Notes under the pieces: generated by a model
What the model saw: only the letters and a program-made list of their open reading frames with translations
The model's database searches: none
Told to the model about the DNA's origin: nothing
Translations under genes and position numbers: made by a program
Origin: Actinomycetota bacterium
Lineage (GTDB): Bacteria; Actinomycetota; Thermoleophilia; RBG-16-64-13
DNA: 64,000 bases
Reading direction: 5' to 3'
NCBI GenBank assembly: GCA_018830645.1
Contig: JAHJSA010000069.1
Coordinates: 55,279 to 119,278, forward strand
In this document: one piece after another, positions 8,627-17,858 of the stretch
How the letters are laid out: the number at the start of each line of letters is the position of its first letter
How positions within the stretch are numbered: position 1 is the first letter of the stretch

Positions 8627-9756
8627 GATTCGATCTACCCACGAGCTGGCGTCACGGTCGGGGGTTCGCCTCCCAGACCGCCGAGGTGCTCCGCGAACTG
8701 GGGTGCTCTCGCACCTTGCTGGTCACCGACCGACTGCTGGTAGAAGCAGGGGTGGTCGCTCCGGTGACCGGTTCGCTGGATTCTCAAGACATCGAGTACG
8801 TGGTGTGCGACGAGGTCACCACCGAGCCGACTGTCGCCCTATTCGAAGGCCTCGTCAGGACGTGGGATCTCGCCGGATTCGATTCGGTGCTCGCCGTAGG
8901 CGGAGGGAGCGTGATCGACGCGGCCAAGGGGTTGGCGGTAGTCGCACAGTTCGGCGGTCACATCCGCGACTACGCAGGGTTCGGCACTGTTCCCGCCCCG
9001 CTCGGCTGGAAGGTCGTAGCGGTTCCCACCACCGCCGGCACCGGCAGCGAGATCTCCGACGGCTCGGTGTGGATCGACGAGGCCAGGCACACGAAGTTCC
9101 TCGTGCTGAGCACCCTCATCTGCCCCACCGTGGCGATCACCGATCCCTTGATGACCCGCTCCATGCCCCCGCACATCACCGCCAACAGCGGTATCGACGC
9201 TCTGACCCACGCGATCGAGTCGTACCTGTCGGTGGACGCCAGCGTGGCGACCGAGCCGTTCTCGCTGCGCGCCATAGAGCTGATCGCAGGCGGTCTGAAG
9301 CGCGCCCACGCCGACGGCGACGACCTCGATGCGCGCGAGGCGGTGCAACTCGGCTCCACCATGGCCATGATGGCCGGGATGAACGCCCACATGGGGCTCT
9401 GTCACGCCCTGGCCATGCCTCTATGCGGGCTCTATCCCCTCCCCCACAGCGAGGCCTGCGGCCTGGTGCTGCCCCACGTGCTGGAGTTCAACGCCGCGGC
9501 GGTCGGCGCCAAGGTGACCGACGTCTTCCGGGCTCTTGGTATGGACGACGGTGACGATACGGACGCGTCCCCATACGAACGTCTGGAGCGATTCGTGAGG
9601 GAACTCGGCCTGAACGCGAGTTTGGGCGCACTCGGCTACCTCGAAGAGCACCTAGAGGTCATCGTCCGCGAGACTCGGAACAGCGTGCAGTTTCGCTTCA
9701 ATCCGCGGGAGGCCTCCGATGAGGATCTGGCTCGGCTGGTGGACCGACTGATCTGA
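8623..9756 (+). CDS. Iron-containing (group III) alcohol dehydrogenase
   Basis: GGGSVIDAAK and later metal-binding His motifs (HAIESYLS, HMGLCHALA) typical of Fe-ADH. Confidence 0.85.
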   Translation: MRFDLPTSWRHGRGFASQTAEVLRELGCSRTLLVTDRLLVEAGVVAPVTGSLDSQDIEYVVCDEVTTEPTVALFEGLVRTWDLAGFDSVLAVGGGSVIDAAKGLAVVAQFGGHIRDYAGFGTVPAPLGWKVVAVPTTAGTGSEISDGSVWIDEARHTKFLVLSTLICPTVAITDPLMTRSMPPHITANSGIDALTHAIESYLSVDASVATEPFSLRAIELIAGGLKRAHADGDDLDAREAVQLGSTMAMMAGMNAHMGLCHALAMPLCGLYPLPHSEACGLVLPHVLEFNAAAVGAKVTDVFRALGMDDGDDTDASPYERLERFVRELGLNASLGALGYLEEHLEVIVRETRNSVQFRFNPREASDEDLARLVDRLI

Positions 9757-9888
9757 GCTCCAAGGACGCACCTCCGGCGCCTCCCCCAACCTCGGACGGT
9801 TCGATCTGTCGCCACAGAGGTAGGTAGAAGAGGCGTACCCCGCGGCGCACCCCGTGGCGCACCACGAAACGCGATCCGAGAGGGACTC

Positions 9889-10053
9889 ATGGCCGACATC
9901 GAGATCTACACGAAGGAATGGTGCCCCTACTGCGCCCGCGCGAAGGTGCTCCTTCGCTCCAAGGGACTCGAGTACCGCGAGATCGATGTCACCGCCGGAG
10001 GTGAAGCGCACCTGAGACCGCCAGGACCGCGCCGCCTCCGCGAAGGCTGCTAG
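9889..10053 (+). pseudogene. Truncated glutaredoxin (CPYC active site present, C-terminal half missing)
   Basis: Translation MADIEIYTKEWCPYCARAKVLLRSKGLEYREIDVT... then diverges and stops at 54 aa. No other frame restores the conserved TVPQIFI/GG region. Ends 11 nt before the CPA2 antiporter start. Confidence 0.45.
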
Positions 10054-10064
10054 ACTCAGTCCCC

Positions 10065-12065
10065 ATGGGACTCTCACTTCTCACCGACATAGTCGCGATC
10101 CTCGGCGCCGCCGTCGTGGTTGCCTTCGTCTTCGCACGGCTGAAGCTGCCCGTGATCGTGGGGCTGTTCGTCGCCGGCATGGCCATCGGGCCGGACGGGC
10201 TCGGACTGGTCTCCGACGCGCACGAACTAGAGGCAGCCGCGGAGATCGGCGTTGTGCTGCTGCTCTTCGCCATCGGTATCGAGTTCTCGCTGCGCGAGCT
10301 GGTGTCGATCAAGGACATCGTGCTGGTGGGGGGGTCGCTGCAGATCGGGCTGACGGCACTGGCAGGGTTCGCGGTCTCCATGGCGCTCGGCCGCACCATG
10401 ACGGAGGCGGTGTTCCTCGGTTTCCTGATGGCGCTCAGCAGCACCGCCATCGTCCTCAAGACCTTGCAGCAACGTGCGGAGATAGACGCGCCGCACGGCA
10501 GGGGCGCCCTCGGGGTGCTCATCTTTCAGGACATCATGGTCGTGCCGCTCACCCTCCTGGTGCCACTCCTGGCCGGCGACGTCGCCATGTCGGGCTCGCC
10601 CCTCACCCTGATCACCAAGATCGTGGGCGTGGTGATCGCCGTCGTGGTGGGAGCCCGGTGGGTGGTGCCCTGGATCCTGCGGGAGGTGGCGCGCCTCGGG
10701 AGTCCCGAGGTGTTCCTCATCGCGGTGCTCGTTATCGGACTCGGGGTGGCGGCGGCCGCCGGGCACATCGGTCTGTCGATGGCGCTGGGGGCGTTCGTAG
10801 CAGGACTGGTCATCTCCGAATCGGAGTACGCACACCAGGTGCTCGGCAACGTGCTCCCCTTCCGCGACGTGCTCCTAAGCTTCTTCTTCGTGTCGGTGGG
10901 GATGCTGCTCGACGTTTCCTTCCTCGCCGACAACTGGTGGATCCTGCTGTTGGCCGCTCCAGTGGTCATGTTCGGGAAGACGCTGTTGGCCACAGTGGCG
11001 ATCCTGGTCCTGCGCTACCCGCTGCGCACCGCGCTGCTCACCGGCCTGTCGCTCGCCCAGGTGGGAGAGTTCGCCTTCGTGCTCGCCGCCGTTGGCGCCC
11101 AGTCGGGCGTCCTGGTCGACGAGGTGCGTCAGGGGTTCCTCGCGGTGTCGGTGCTGTCGATGGCGGCGACGCCATTCCTGATCGCCTATAAAGACAAGAT
11201 CGCCGAGATGGTGCTCAGACTGCCGATCCCCCAGGTAGTTCGCCAGGGCGGACGCGCAGAGACCGAAGCTCACGCTACACCGCTGCGCGACCACCTGGTG
11301 ATCATCGGCTTCGGCCTCAACGGGAGGAACCTGGCGAGAGCAGCGGCCGGAGCGAAGATCCCCTACGCCATCATCGAGCTGAACCCCCGCTCGGTGAGCA
11401 GTGCACAGCAGGCCGGAGAACCCATGTACTTCGGAGACGCCACCAGTGAGGCGGTGCTCGAGAAGATCGGCGTACCCTACGCACGCGTGGTCGCCGTGGT
11501 TATCAGCGACCCGGTGGCGACCCGCCGGATCGTCGCCCTGGTGCGCCGCCTCTGCCCCGACGCCTATCTGATCACCCGCACTCGCTACGTCTCGGAAGTA
11601 CCGCTCCTCATGGAGTTGGGCGCCAGCGAGGTTGTGCCCGAGGAGTTCGAGACGGCGGTGGAGATCTTCACGAGCACACTGCAACAGTACCTTGTGCCGC
11701 TCGCCGAGATCGAGCAGGCGGCCGCCGATATTCGCGCCGACGGGTACGGGTTCCTGCGCCTGCCACCTGATGAAGCTCGACCCTGGAGGAAGATCGAATC
11801 GGCGCTGCCGGGAGTCGAGGTGTCGACGTTGCAGGTGAGCGCCGGGGTCGAGGCGGTCGACCGCACACTGGTGGAACTCGACCTGCGCCGACGGCACGGG
11901 GTCACGCTGCTCGCGCTCAGCCGCCGGGGTGACCTCATACCCAACCCCGTCGGCGAGACCCGCTTCGAGGAAGGCGACGTGGTGGTGTTGCTCGGCCAGT
12001 CGGAGGACGTGGTGCGCGCCCGCACCCTCTTCGCGCCGTGCGCGGGCGGAGCCGACATCTGCTAG
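10065..12065 (+). CDS. CPA2 family monovalent cation:proton antiporter with C-terminal RCK (TrkA-N/TrkA-C) domains, KefB/KefC-like
   Basis: 666 aa with about 12 TM segments, then GFGLNGRNLA Rossmann-like TrkA-N and a TrkA-C domain. Confidence 0.85.
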   Translation: MGLSLLTDIVAILGAAVVVAFVFARLKLPVIVGLFVAGMAIGPDGLGLVSDAHELEAAAEIGVVLLLFAIGIEFSLRELVSIKDIVLVGGSLQIGLTALAGFAVSMALGRTMTEAVFLGFLMALSSTAIVLKTLQQRAEIDAPHGRGALGVLIFQDIMVVPLTLLVPLLAGDVAMSGSPLTLITKIVGVVIAVVVGARWVVPWILREVARLGSPEVFLIAVLVIGLGVAAAAGHIGLSMALGAFVAGLVISESEYAHQVLGNVLPFRDVLLSFFFVSVGMLLDVSFLADNWWILLLAAPVVMFGKTLLATVAILVLRYPLRTALLTGLSLAQVGEFAFVLAAVGAQSGVLVDEVRQGFLAVSVLSMAATPFLIAYKDKIAEMVLRLPIPQVVRQGGRAETEAHATPLRDHLVIIGFGLNGRNLARAAAGAKIPYAIIELNPRSVSSAQQAGEPMYFGDATSEAVLEKIGVPYARVVAVVISDPVATRRIVALVRRLCPDAYLITRTRYVSEVPLLMELGASEVVPEEFETAVEIFTSTLQQYLVPLAEIEQAAADIRADGYGFLRLPPDEARPWRKIESALPGVEVSTLQVSAGVEAVDRTLVELDLRRRHGVTLLALSRRGDLIPNPVGETRFEEGDVVVLLGQSEDVVRARTLFAPCAGGADIC

Positions 12066-12152
12066 TTCACCGCCGGGCGGCGCCGCACCGCCGGCGGAGC
12101 CGACGTCCGCTGGCGCTCCTCCGGGCCGCGCCACGCCACGAAGGCGCTCACC

Positions 12153-12869
12153 TCAGTCGCCCTTGCCGTTCCCCCGGATCGCCTCGCGGCGGCTCTCGAT
12201 CAATTCCAGGCGCGGGATGATCGTTTCCAGGTAGTCGGTGATCAGAGCCAGCCGCTCCGACTCACGTCGGGATTCGAGCAGCCGCTGTTTGAGGGAGAGT
12301 CCGAGGTCAAGATCGACGGCGATCCGAAACGAGCGCTGGGTCTGGTCACGGCCGTCGTCGTCTTCCGCATCGAATGGCGCTTCCTCATCACCCGGCGACA
12401 CCGGTTCGTCGCCAAGGCTTGGGTCGTCCCCGCGCGCGGCCCCCAGTCGCCTGAGCAGCTCATCTAGGAGAGCCGGAGCATCCAGGGCGTCGGCCTCGGC
12501 GGTGCCGGCCGGCTCGGGCTCCTCGGTGGGCTCCTCTTCGAGATACTCCACGGCGGCGCTCATCGGCTCTTGGTCCGCATCTTCGGGAGTGTCGATCGCC
12601 AGGATGCGGAACGGAGCCTCCCCGCGAACCACGATGTTCGAGCGCCCGTCGGGGAACTCCTCGAGTACGGCTACCAGCCGCGCCAGACAGCCTACGGCGG
12701 CAACGCCGTCACCCAGACGGAGAACCACTCCAAAGGGCTCCCTCGTCTCCACGCACCGGGCAACGAGGTTCTTGTATCGCTCCTCGAAGATGTGGAGCGG
12801 TAGAAGCTCCCCGGGCAGGAGTACGAGCTGGAGAGGAAAGAGCGGGAGTCGGTCGGGCAAGGGGTCCAT
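12153..12869 (-). CDS. Lon protease N-terminal (substrate-binding) domain protein
   Basis: LPLFPLQLVLLPGELLPLHIFEERY matches the LON N-terminal domain consensus. No ATPase or protease domain. Acidic C-terminal half. Confidence 0.6.
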   Translation of the reverse strand: MDPLPDRLPLFPLQLVLLPGELLPLHIFEERYKNLVARCVETREPFGVVLRLGDGVAAVGCLARLVAVLEEFPDGRSNIVVRGEAPFRILAIDTPEDADQEPMSAAVEYLEEEPTEEPEPAGTAEADALDAPALLDELLRRLGAARGDDPSLGDEPVSPGDEEAPFDAEDDDGRDQTQRSFRIAVDLDLGLSLKQRLLESRRESERLALITDYLETIIPRLELIESRREAIRGNGKGD

Positions 12870-13036
12870 GGTCTGCCACGTACCCCGGCTGCGCCGGTTC
12901 ACACACCCACCGCCGCGAAGGTGTCACGCGCAGGCTCGCCCGCGCCGGTGGCATCGTGCCGTGCGTCCACGCCCTCCGCGTGGACCCGCCGACGGCACGG
13001 TGCCGTCCGCCCGGCGACGACGGCGTCACGTCGTCC

Positions 13037-13804
13037 TCAGTCACCCGACGTCGACGCCCCGCTCTCCTCGAGATTCCGCCGCCGCCTGAAGTTGAGCGCC
13101 TCGATGCCCAGGGCGAACGCTATGGCGAAGTAGATGTACTCTCGCTCGATGTGCCGACCAAAACCGTCCATGAAGAGCATGACGCCGATCAGCAGCAGGA
13201 AGCTCAGCGCAAGGATCTTGACGCTCGGATGATCGGTGATGAAGCGCGAGAGCGGTGGGGCGTAGAACATCATCACCCCGATGGCCGCAGCGATCGCGAT
13301 CACGATGATGACGATCTGCGATGTGAGACCCACGGCCGTGAGGACCGAATCGATGGCGAAGATGATGTCGATCACCAGGATCATCGCGATGACCCCCGCG
13401 AACGATACGCGCGGCTTGGCCACGGCGAGCTGATGGGTCTTGACCTCGGTGGTCTCGAATATCTCGCGCACCGCCTTGTATACGAGGAACAATCCACCTG
13501 AGATCAACACGAAGTCGGCCAGGCTGAAGTCATGGCCGACGACGGCGAAGAGAGGTTCCTCGAGCTTGAGAAGGAACGAGATCCCAATGACGAGCGCCAC
13601 CCGCCCGAAGAGTGCCAGCCCAAGGCCGAGGCGCTGCGCACGGGGACGCTGTTCCTCAGGAAGGCCCTCCGTGACGATGGCTATGAAGATGACGTTGTCG
13701 ATGCCGAGCACTATCTCGAGCACCAACAGCGTGAGCAACGCCACCAGACTCTCGGCGGTGAAGGGCCCTTCGAACACAACGGACCTCCGTCTGCTATCGG
13801 GCAT
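13037..13804 (-). CDS. TerC family integral membrane protein
   Basis: 255 aa, multi-TM, with the paired GIDNVIFIAIV / AIDSVLTAV TerC motifs. Confidence 0.85.
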   Translation of the reverse strand: MPDSRRRSVVFEGPFTAESLVALLTLLVLEIVLGIDNVIFIAIVTEGLPEEQRPRAQRLGLGLALFGRVALVIGISFLLKLEEPLFAVVGHDFSLADFVLISGGLFLVYKAVREIFETTEVKTHQLAVAKPRVSFAGVIAMILVIDIIFAIDSVLTAVGLTSQIVIIVIAIAAAIGVMMFYAPPLSRFITDHPSVKILALSFLLLIGVMLFMDGFGRHIEREYIYFAIAFALGIEALNFRRRRNLEESGASTSGD

Positions 13805-13855
13805 CTACGGTCGGGCGCCGCGCCGCTCGAGCCGGCGCGCGCCCGCGAGACGAAG

Positions 13856-14032
13856 TCAGGAAGGCTGCCAGAAGCATCGTTTCGGTGACACGATCTCGCC
13901 GGACTTCTTGAGGTCGGCCATGGCTTTGTCGACCAGTTTGCGGTCGAGTCCGGTGAGCTCCACCAGCTTGCCCGCGTTGACCGGCTCGCCGGCCTGTTTC
14001 ATCGCTTCCAAGACCTGCTGCAGGGGTTCCAC
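13856..14032 (-). CDS. Small putative winged-helix DNA-binding protein (59 aa)
   Basis: GTG start with a strong GGAGGAAAG RBS. MEPLQQVLEAMKQAGEPVNAGKLVELTGLDRKLVDKAMADLKKSGEIV resembles a compact wHTH. Not in the ORF track as a separate entry. Confidence 0.4.
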   Translation of the reverse strand: MEPLQQVLEAMKQAGEPVNAGKLVELTGLDRKLVDKAMADLKKSGEIVSPKRCFWQPS

Positions 14033-14289
14033 TGTCTTTCCTCCGTGTGACTTGGCGCCGTTCGTGCCCGGAGCATACCCAGCGAACGCCGAAGAAGCAC
14101 ATTCCGGTCTCTGCGCGGCACCGGCGCTCGCCCTACTCGATCTCTTCGGGTAGCAACGGCCGCAGCAAGAGCGAGTAGACCTCGGCCCCGCTCTTCCAGA
14201 GAGTGAGCGTGTCGGCCTGCACCAGCAAGGGGCGGAGGGTCTCGAGGTCGGCACCGAGCCAACTGGCTGGGTCGGCAAGCTTCGAGCAG

Positions 14290-16068
14290 CTAGAGGCGCT
14301 CCACCCGCCGCGAGAGTTCTTCGAACTCACGGGCGGAATCGGCGAGGTGCCTCTGCATCTGGTCGAGCCGTTCCCGCTCCGAACGGACGAACCGAGTGTA
14401 GGGCGCGACCGCCTCCCGGATACGGAAGGCGCTCCGCTCGATCTCCTGGTCGAACGAAACGGTGAGCATGCGCATGAGCTCGTCGCGCAGCTCCCCGATC
14501 TTCTCCGACAGCTCGCTCTTGGCCTTTCGACGTCGGTTCGGGAGTACGAACAGCCCGAGTGTGGCCATGGTGCCGGCGGCGAGGGCGCCGGTCACGTCCA
14601 CGAGTTGCGTCGTCGCCAGGAGCGTGATCACGGCCCCCAGGCCGAGTGCGCCCACCTCCAGCACCGCGATGCCGGCCACGGCGCTCTGAACGGAGTCGGC
14701 CAGGCGGGTCGACTCGAGGTCACGGTCGTAGCCGTCGATGGTGCGTTGCGCGGCGCGGCCGACCGTGTCGAGGAGCTGGCGGCGATCGTAGTCGAAGCTG
14801 CCTATCTCGCCGATCACCCGATCGGGGTGGTTGGACCGGCGGCGACTCAGGTGCTCGCCCACAGCCTGCCACTGGCGCAACTCGGCGCTGATGACCCAGT
14901 CGATGATCTCCTCCACCTTCTTCTCGATCTGCTTGGGAGCGTCGGCGATCACCTTGCGCTCGAACTCCCCCTTGATCTTCGACTTGTTGATCAGGTCGAA
15001 CGTGCGCGTGATGCGGATGGTCTCCTCGAAGAACTCGTTGCCGCGCTTCTCGAACTCGTGGAGCACGTTGTCGACATCGGTGAGGCGGAAGCGGAACTCC
15101 CGCGTGAGGTCTTCCTGATAGAGGTCGAGCTGACGCTCGATGTCGTCGAGCGCGGTGAAGTCGCCCTTGAGCAGCTCGATGCGCCCCTCCACCGCCTCGG
15201 TGTAGCGCCGGTTCAGGCTCAGGCCTACCCCGAGCGGATTGAGGAGCTTCAATCGGACGCGCTCGGTCTCGTCGAGCGTCTCGACCACATACTCTTCGAG
15301 GGCGGGGAAACGACTACGGGCCATGCGGTCCGCGTCGGGGCGCGCCGAGGCGCTCTCGCCGCCCTCACCGCTCTCGCCGCTACCGCCTTCGAGCTTCGCC
15401 TCGAGCGCGAGCCGCGACGACACCGCGAACACCACCGGCGCGAAGCCGAGAAGGCGGTCGGCGTTCTCGACGATGAAACGCTCGATCTCGGCGATCTCGT
15501 CGTCGCCTCTCAGGATGTCGACCTTGTTGACCACGAACACGATCTTCTTGCCCCACTCGCGGATCGCCTCGATGAAGCGGCGCTCGCTCTCGGTGAACGG
15601 ACGGTCGGCCGAGGTGACGAAGAGCACCAGGTCGGACCGGGGCACGAACTTCTGCGTTATGGCCTCGTGGTCCCGATCGAGGGCGTTCGTGCCCGGGGTG
15701 TCGACGATCTGCACCTGGCGCAGCAACTCCACCGGAGCGGCGATCCGCACCACCCCGTCAGCACCGTCGTCGCGGGCCACGATGGGCCCATACGAGAGTG
15801 CGTGGATTCGCGTGGTCGTGGGCGTGACCCCCTGTTCGAGCAGGTCGCTGCCCAAGAGGGCATTGATGAAGGTGCTCTTGCCGGCGTTGAACTCCCCTGC
15901 CACGACAACCAGGAAGAGTTCGTCGAGCTGGTGGATCGAGGCCTCGAGCGTGGCCTGATCGTCGCGGGCGGCCTCGAACCGGGCCAGCGCCACCTGGAGT
16001 GCCGCGAGCAGACGCCGCACCTCAGCGAGGAGCTGCTCGTGACTATGAGTGAGTATCTTCTTCAGCAC
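14290..16068 (-). CDS. Bacterial dynamin-like GTPase
   Basis: GEFNAGKST (G1), DTPG (G3) and NKVD (G4) motifs, plus a long helical C-terminal region. Confidence 0.8.
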   Translation of the reverse strand: MLKKILTHSHEQLLAEVRRLLAALQVALARFEAARDDQATLEASIHQLDELFLVVVAGEFNAGKSTFINALLGSDLLEQGVTPTTTRIHALSYGPIVARDDGADGVVRIAAPVELLRQVQIVDTPGTNALDRDHEAITQKFVPRSDLVLFVTSADRPFTESERRFIEAIREWGKKIVFVVNKVDILRGDDEIAEIERFIVENADRLLGFAPVVFAVSSRLALEAKLEGGSGESGEGGESASARPDADRMARSRFPALEEYVVETLDETERVRLKLLNPLGVGLSLNRRYTEAVEGRIELLKGDFTALDDIERQLDLYQEDLTREFRFRLTDVDNVLHEFEKRGNEFFEETIRITRTFDLINKSKIKGEFERKVIADAPKQIEKKVEEIIDWVISAELRQWQAVGEHLSRRRSNHPDRVIGEIGSFDYDRRQLLDTVGRAAQRTIDGYDRDLESTRLADSVQSAVAGIAVLEVGALGLGAVITLLATTQLVDVTGALAAGTMATLGLFVLPNRRRKAKSELSEKIGELRDELMRMLTVSFDQEIERSAFRIREAVAPYTRFVRSERERLDQMQRHLADSAREFEELSRRVERL

Positions 16069-16114
16069 CAGAGAGCTTCCAGGTCGATGGGGTCATCAGG
16101 GCGAAACGATACCA

Positions 16115-16191
16115 CGCCGCCCGCGTAGCGCCGCCCGGCACCATTCGCCCCCGTAGCGTCCTCTCAGGGCGCCGCCCGCGTAGCGCCGCCC
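16115..16191. repeat. Perfect 22-bp direct repeat CGCCGCCCGCGTAGCGCCGCCC, two copies 55 bp apart
   Basis: Seen directly at 16115-16136 and 16170-16191. It lies in the intergenic region upstream of the dynamin-like gene. Confidence 0.6.
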
Positions 16192-16233
16192 TCACAGAGC
16201 CGGACCTCGCGGTTGTGCCGCGGGGCAGGAGCC

Positions 16234-16716
16234 CTAGATCCCGTCCACACCGCTGCGCACGAGTTCCTGGAACACGACGGGGTCCAGCACGTAGGCCAAC
16301 GCCAAGGTACCCACAAGGATGTTCACCGAGAGCCAGCGCGTGTAGCGGCCGCGTGTGCGTACCAACAAGATCATGGCACACACGGCCATCACCGCGGGTC
16401 CCACGAGCTTGATGTCGCCGATGGGCACCTGGTAGCCCGCAACCGTGCGCTCAGAGGCCCCGAGGAACGCCGCCAGATCGAAACTCACCCCGAAGATCAC
16501 CAAGACGAACTCGAGAACGAGCGCCGCGAGAAGCGTGCGTGACGCCCAGCGGGTGGTCTCCCCCTCGGTGCGATAGACCTGGTAGAGCACGCTGCCCGTG
16601 AGGGCGAGGAGCAGTACCAGCGGACTCTTCGCCAGCAGCCCGATCAGGGCACCCAGCACAACAATGATCGAAAGGACGAGGCATATCTTCGCGGCATGCT
16701 TCGTCGGTTTGGCCAA
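16234..16716 (-). CDS. Hypothetical integral membrane protein (4-5 TM)
   Basis: Hydrophobic ORF. Start is ambiguous: TTG at 16716 preceded by a G10 tract, or ATG at 16842 (ORF track), which places the G10 tract inside the CDS. Confidence 0.45.
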   Translation of the reverse strand: MAKPTKHAAKICLVLSIIVVLGALIGLLAKSPLVLLLALTGSVLYQVYRTEGETTRWASRTLLAALVLEFVLVIFGVSFDLAAFLGASERTVAGYQVPIGDIKLVGPAVMAVCAMILLVRTRGRYTRWLSVNILVGTLALAYVLDPVVFQELVRSGVDGI

Positions 16717-16721
16717 TGGAT

Positions 16722-16731
16722 CCCCCCCCCC
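16722..16731. repeat. C10/G10 homopolymer tract
   Basis: Seen directly. It is at the 5' end of the membrane-protein gene, either within its coding region or immediately upstream as a G-rich RBS. Confidence 0.6.
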
Positions 16732-16861
16732 TCGAGCGTGATCTCGACGATCGGCGACATCGCCCGACCGCCCCCAGTTCGCACAGCCTACCACCCACTC
16801 GCAGGACTCGAAGCTCCCTTCCAAGGAACTCAAGACTTTCAAAGCCCCGGCAGCCCGGCAC

Positions 16862-16928
16862 GCGATCCCCTATGCCCGGGCAATCTCCTATGCCCCGGCG
16901 GTCCACAATGCGATCCCCTTTGCCCCGG
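16862..16928. repeat. Three degenerate ~19-bp direct repeats (GCGATCCCCTATGCCCGG / CAATCTCCTATGCCCCGG / GCGATCCCCTTTGCCCCGG) upstream of the MIP channel gene
   Basis: Seen directly. Possible transcription-factor binding sites in the promoter region. Confidence 0.35.
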
Positions 16929-17063
16929 TAGCCCTTCGTGATATCCTTTCGTACAGATAGCTGACCACGTCACCTAGCGGAGTAGGTGGCGCTACCAGAG
17001 CGGCCATCGCACCATAGGTGCTTGCGGGGCAAGAGCGGTCCGGACCGGGGACGAGGTGACCTG

Positions 17064-17858
17064 ATGACGAGCGTTCGCGCTTACTTGGCAGAGTTCATTG
17101 GTACGTTCGCCCTCGTACTCGCGGGCGCGGGAGCCATCATGGCGGGCGCGAAGACCGGCTCTCCGGACCACCTCGGCATCGCACTGACGTTCGGCCTGAC
17201 CGTCATGGTGGTGGTCTACGCTCTGGGTCACGTATCGGGCGCCCATATCAACCCCGCGGTGACCATCGCCTTCGCGGCGATCGGCCACTTCCCGTGGCGG
17301 CGAGTGCCCGGATATGTGGGTGCCCAGTCCGCCGGCGCGATCACGGCTGCCGCCCTGCTCCGGATGGCCATGGGTCCGATCGCCGGAATGGGAGCGACGG
17401 TCCCAACGGTGGCTCCGACGAACGCTCTGATCCTGGAAGCCGCGCTCACGGGCATACTGATGGTCGTGATCGTCTCGGTGGCAACGGATGCGCGCGCGGT
17501 GGGGGGCATCGCGGGTGCCGCCATCGGCGCCACGGTGGGGCTCGCGGCCCTGTGGGCGGGACCGCTCACCGGGGCCTCTATGAACCCCGCGCGCTCACTC
17601 GGGCCCGCTCTGGTCAGCGGCGATCTCGGTTCGCTCTTGATCTACCTAATAGGGCCTGTCGTGGGCGCACTCGCAGGGGGTGTTGCATACCAGGTCTTGG
17701 CCGGGAGGAAGGCTGCCCCAGGACTTGAGACGATCGCCGATCTCGTGCGCGCTCAAGCGGGCCCGCACACGGGCCGGATGAGTCGGATGAGTCGGAGGGG
17801 CCGACCGCGGTCGAGCCGCCCCGCGCAGGCGGGTTCGACCGACTCCAGGCGGCTCTAG
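17064..17858 (+). CDS. MIP family channel (aquaporin/glycerol facilitator) with an Arg/Ser-rich C-terminal tail
   Basis: Two NPA boxes (HINPAVTIA, MNPARSL). Start taken at MTSV (ORF track from 16986). Confidence 0.8.
   Translation: MTSVRAYLAEFIGTFALVLAGAGAIMAGAKTGSPDHLGIALTFGLTVMVVVYALGHVSGAHINPAVTIAFAAIGHFPWRRVPGYVGAQSAGAITAAALLRMAMGPIAGMGATVPTVAPTNALILEAALTGILMVVIVSVATDARAVGGIAGAAIGATVGLAALWAGPLTGASMNPARSLGPALVSGDLGSLLIYLIGPVVGALAGGVAYQVLAGRKAAPGLETIADLVRAQAGPHTGRMSRMSRRGRPRSSRPAQAGSTDSRRL

Noticed and set aside
10875-12134. 419-aa minus-strand ORF
   Set aside because: Antisense to the CPA2-RCK antiporter. No domain signal.
14203-16128. 641-aa plus-strand ORF
   Set aside because: Antisense shadow of the dynamin-like GTPase gene. 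No recognisable motifs.
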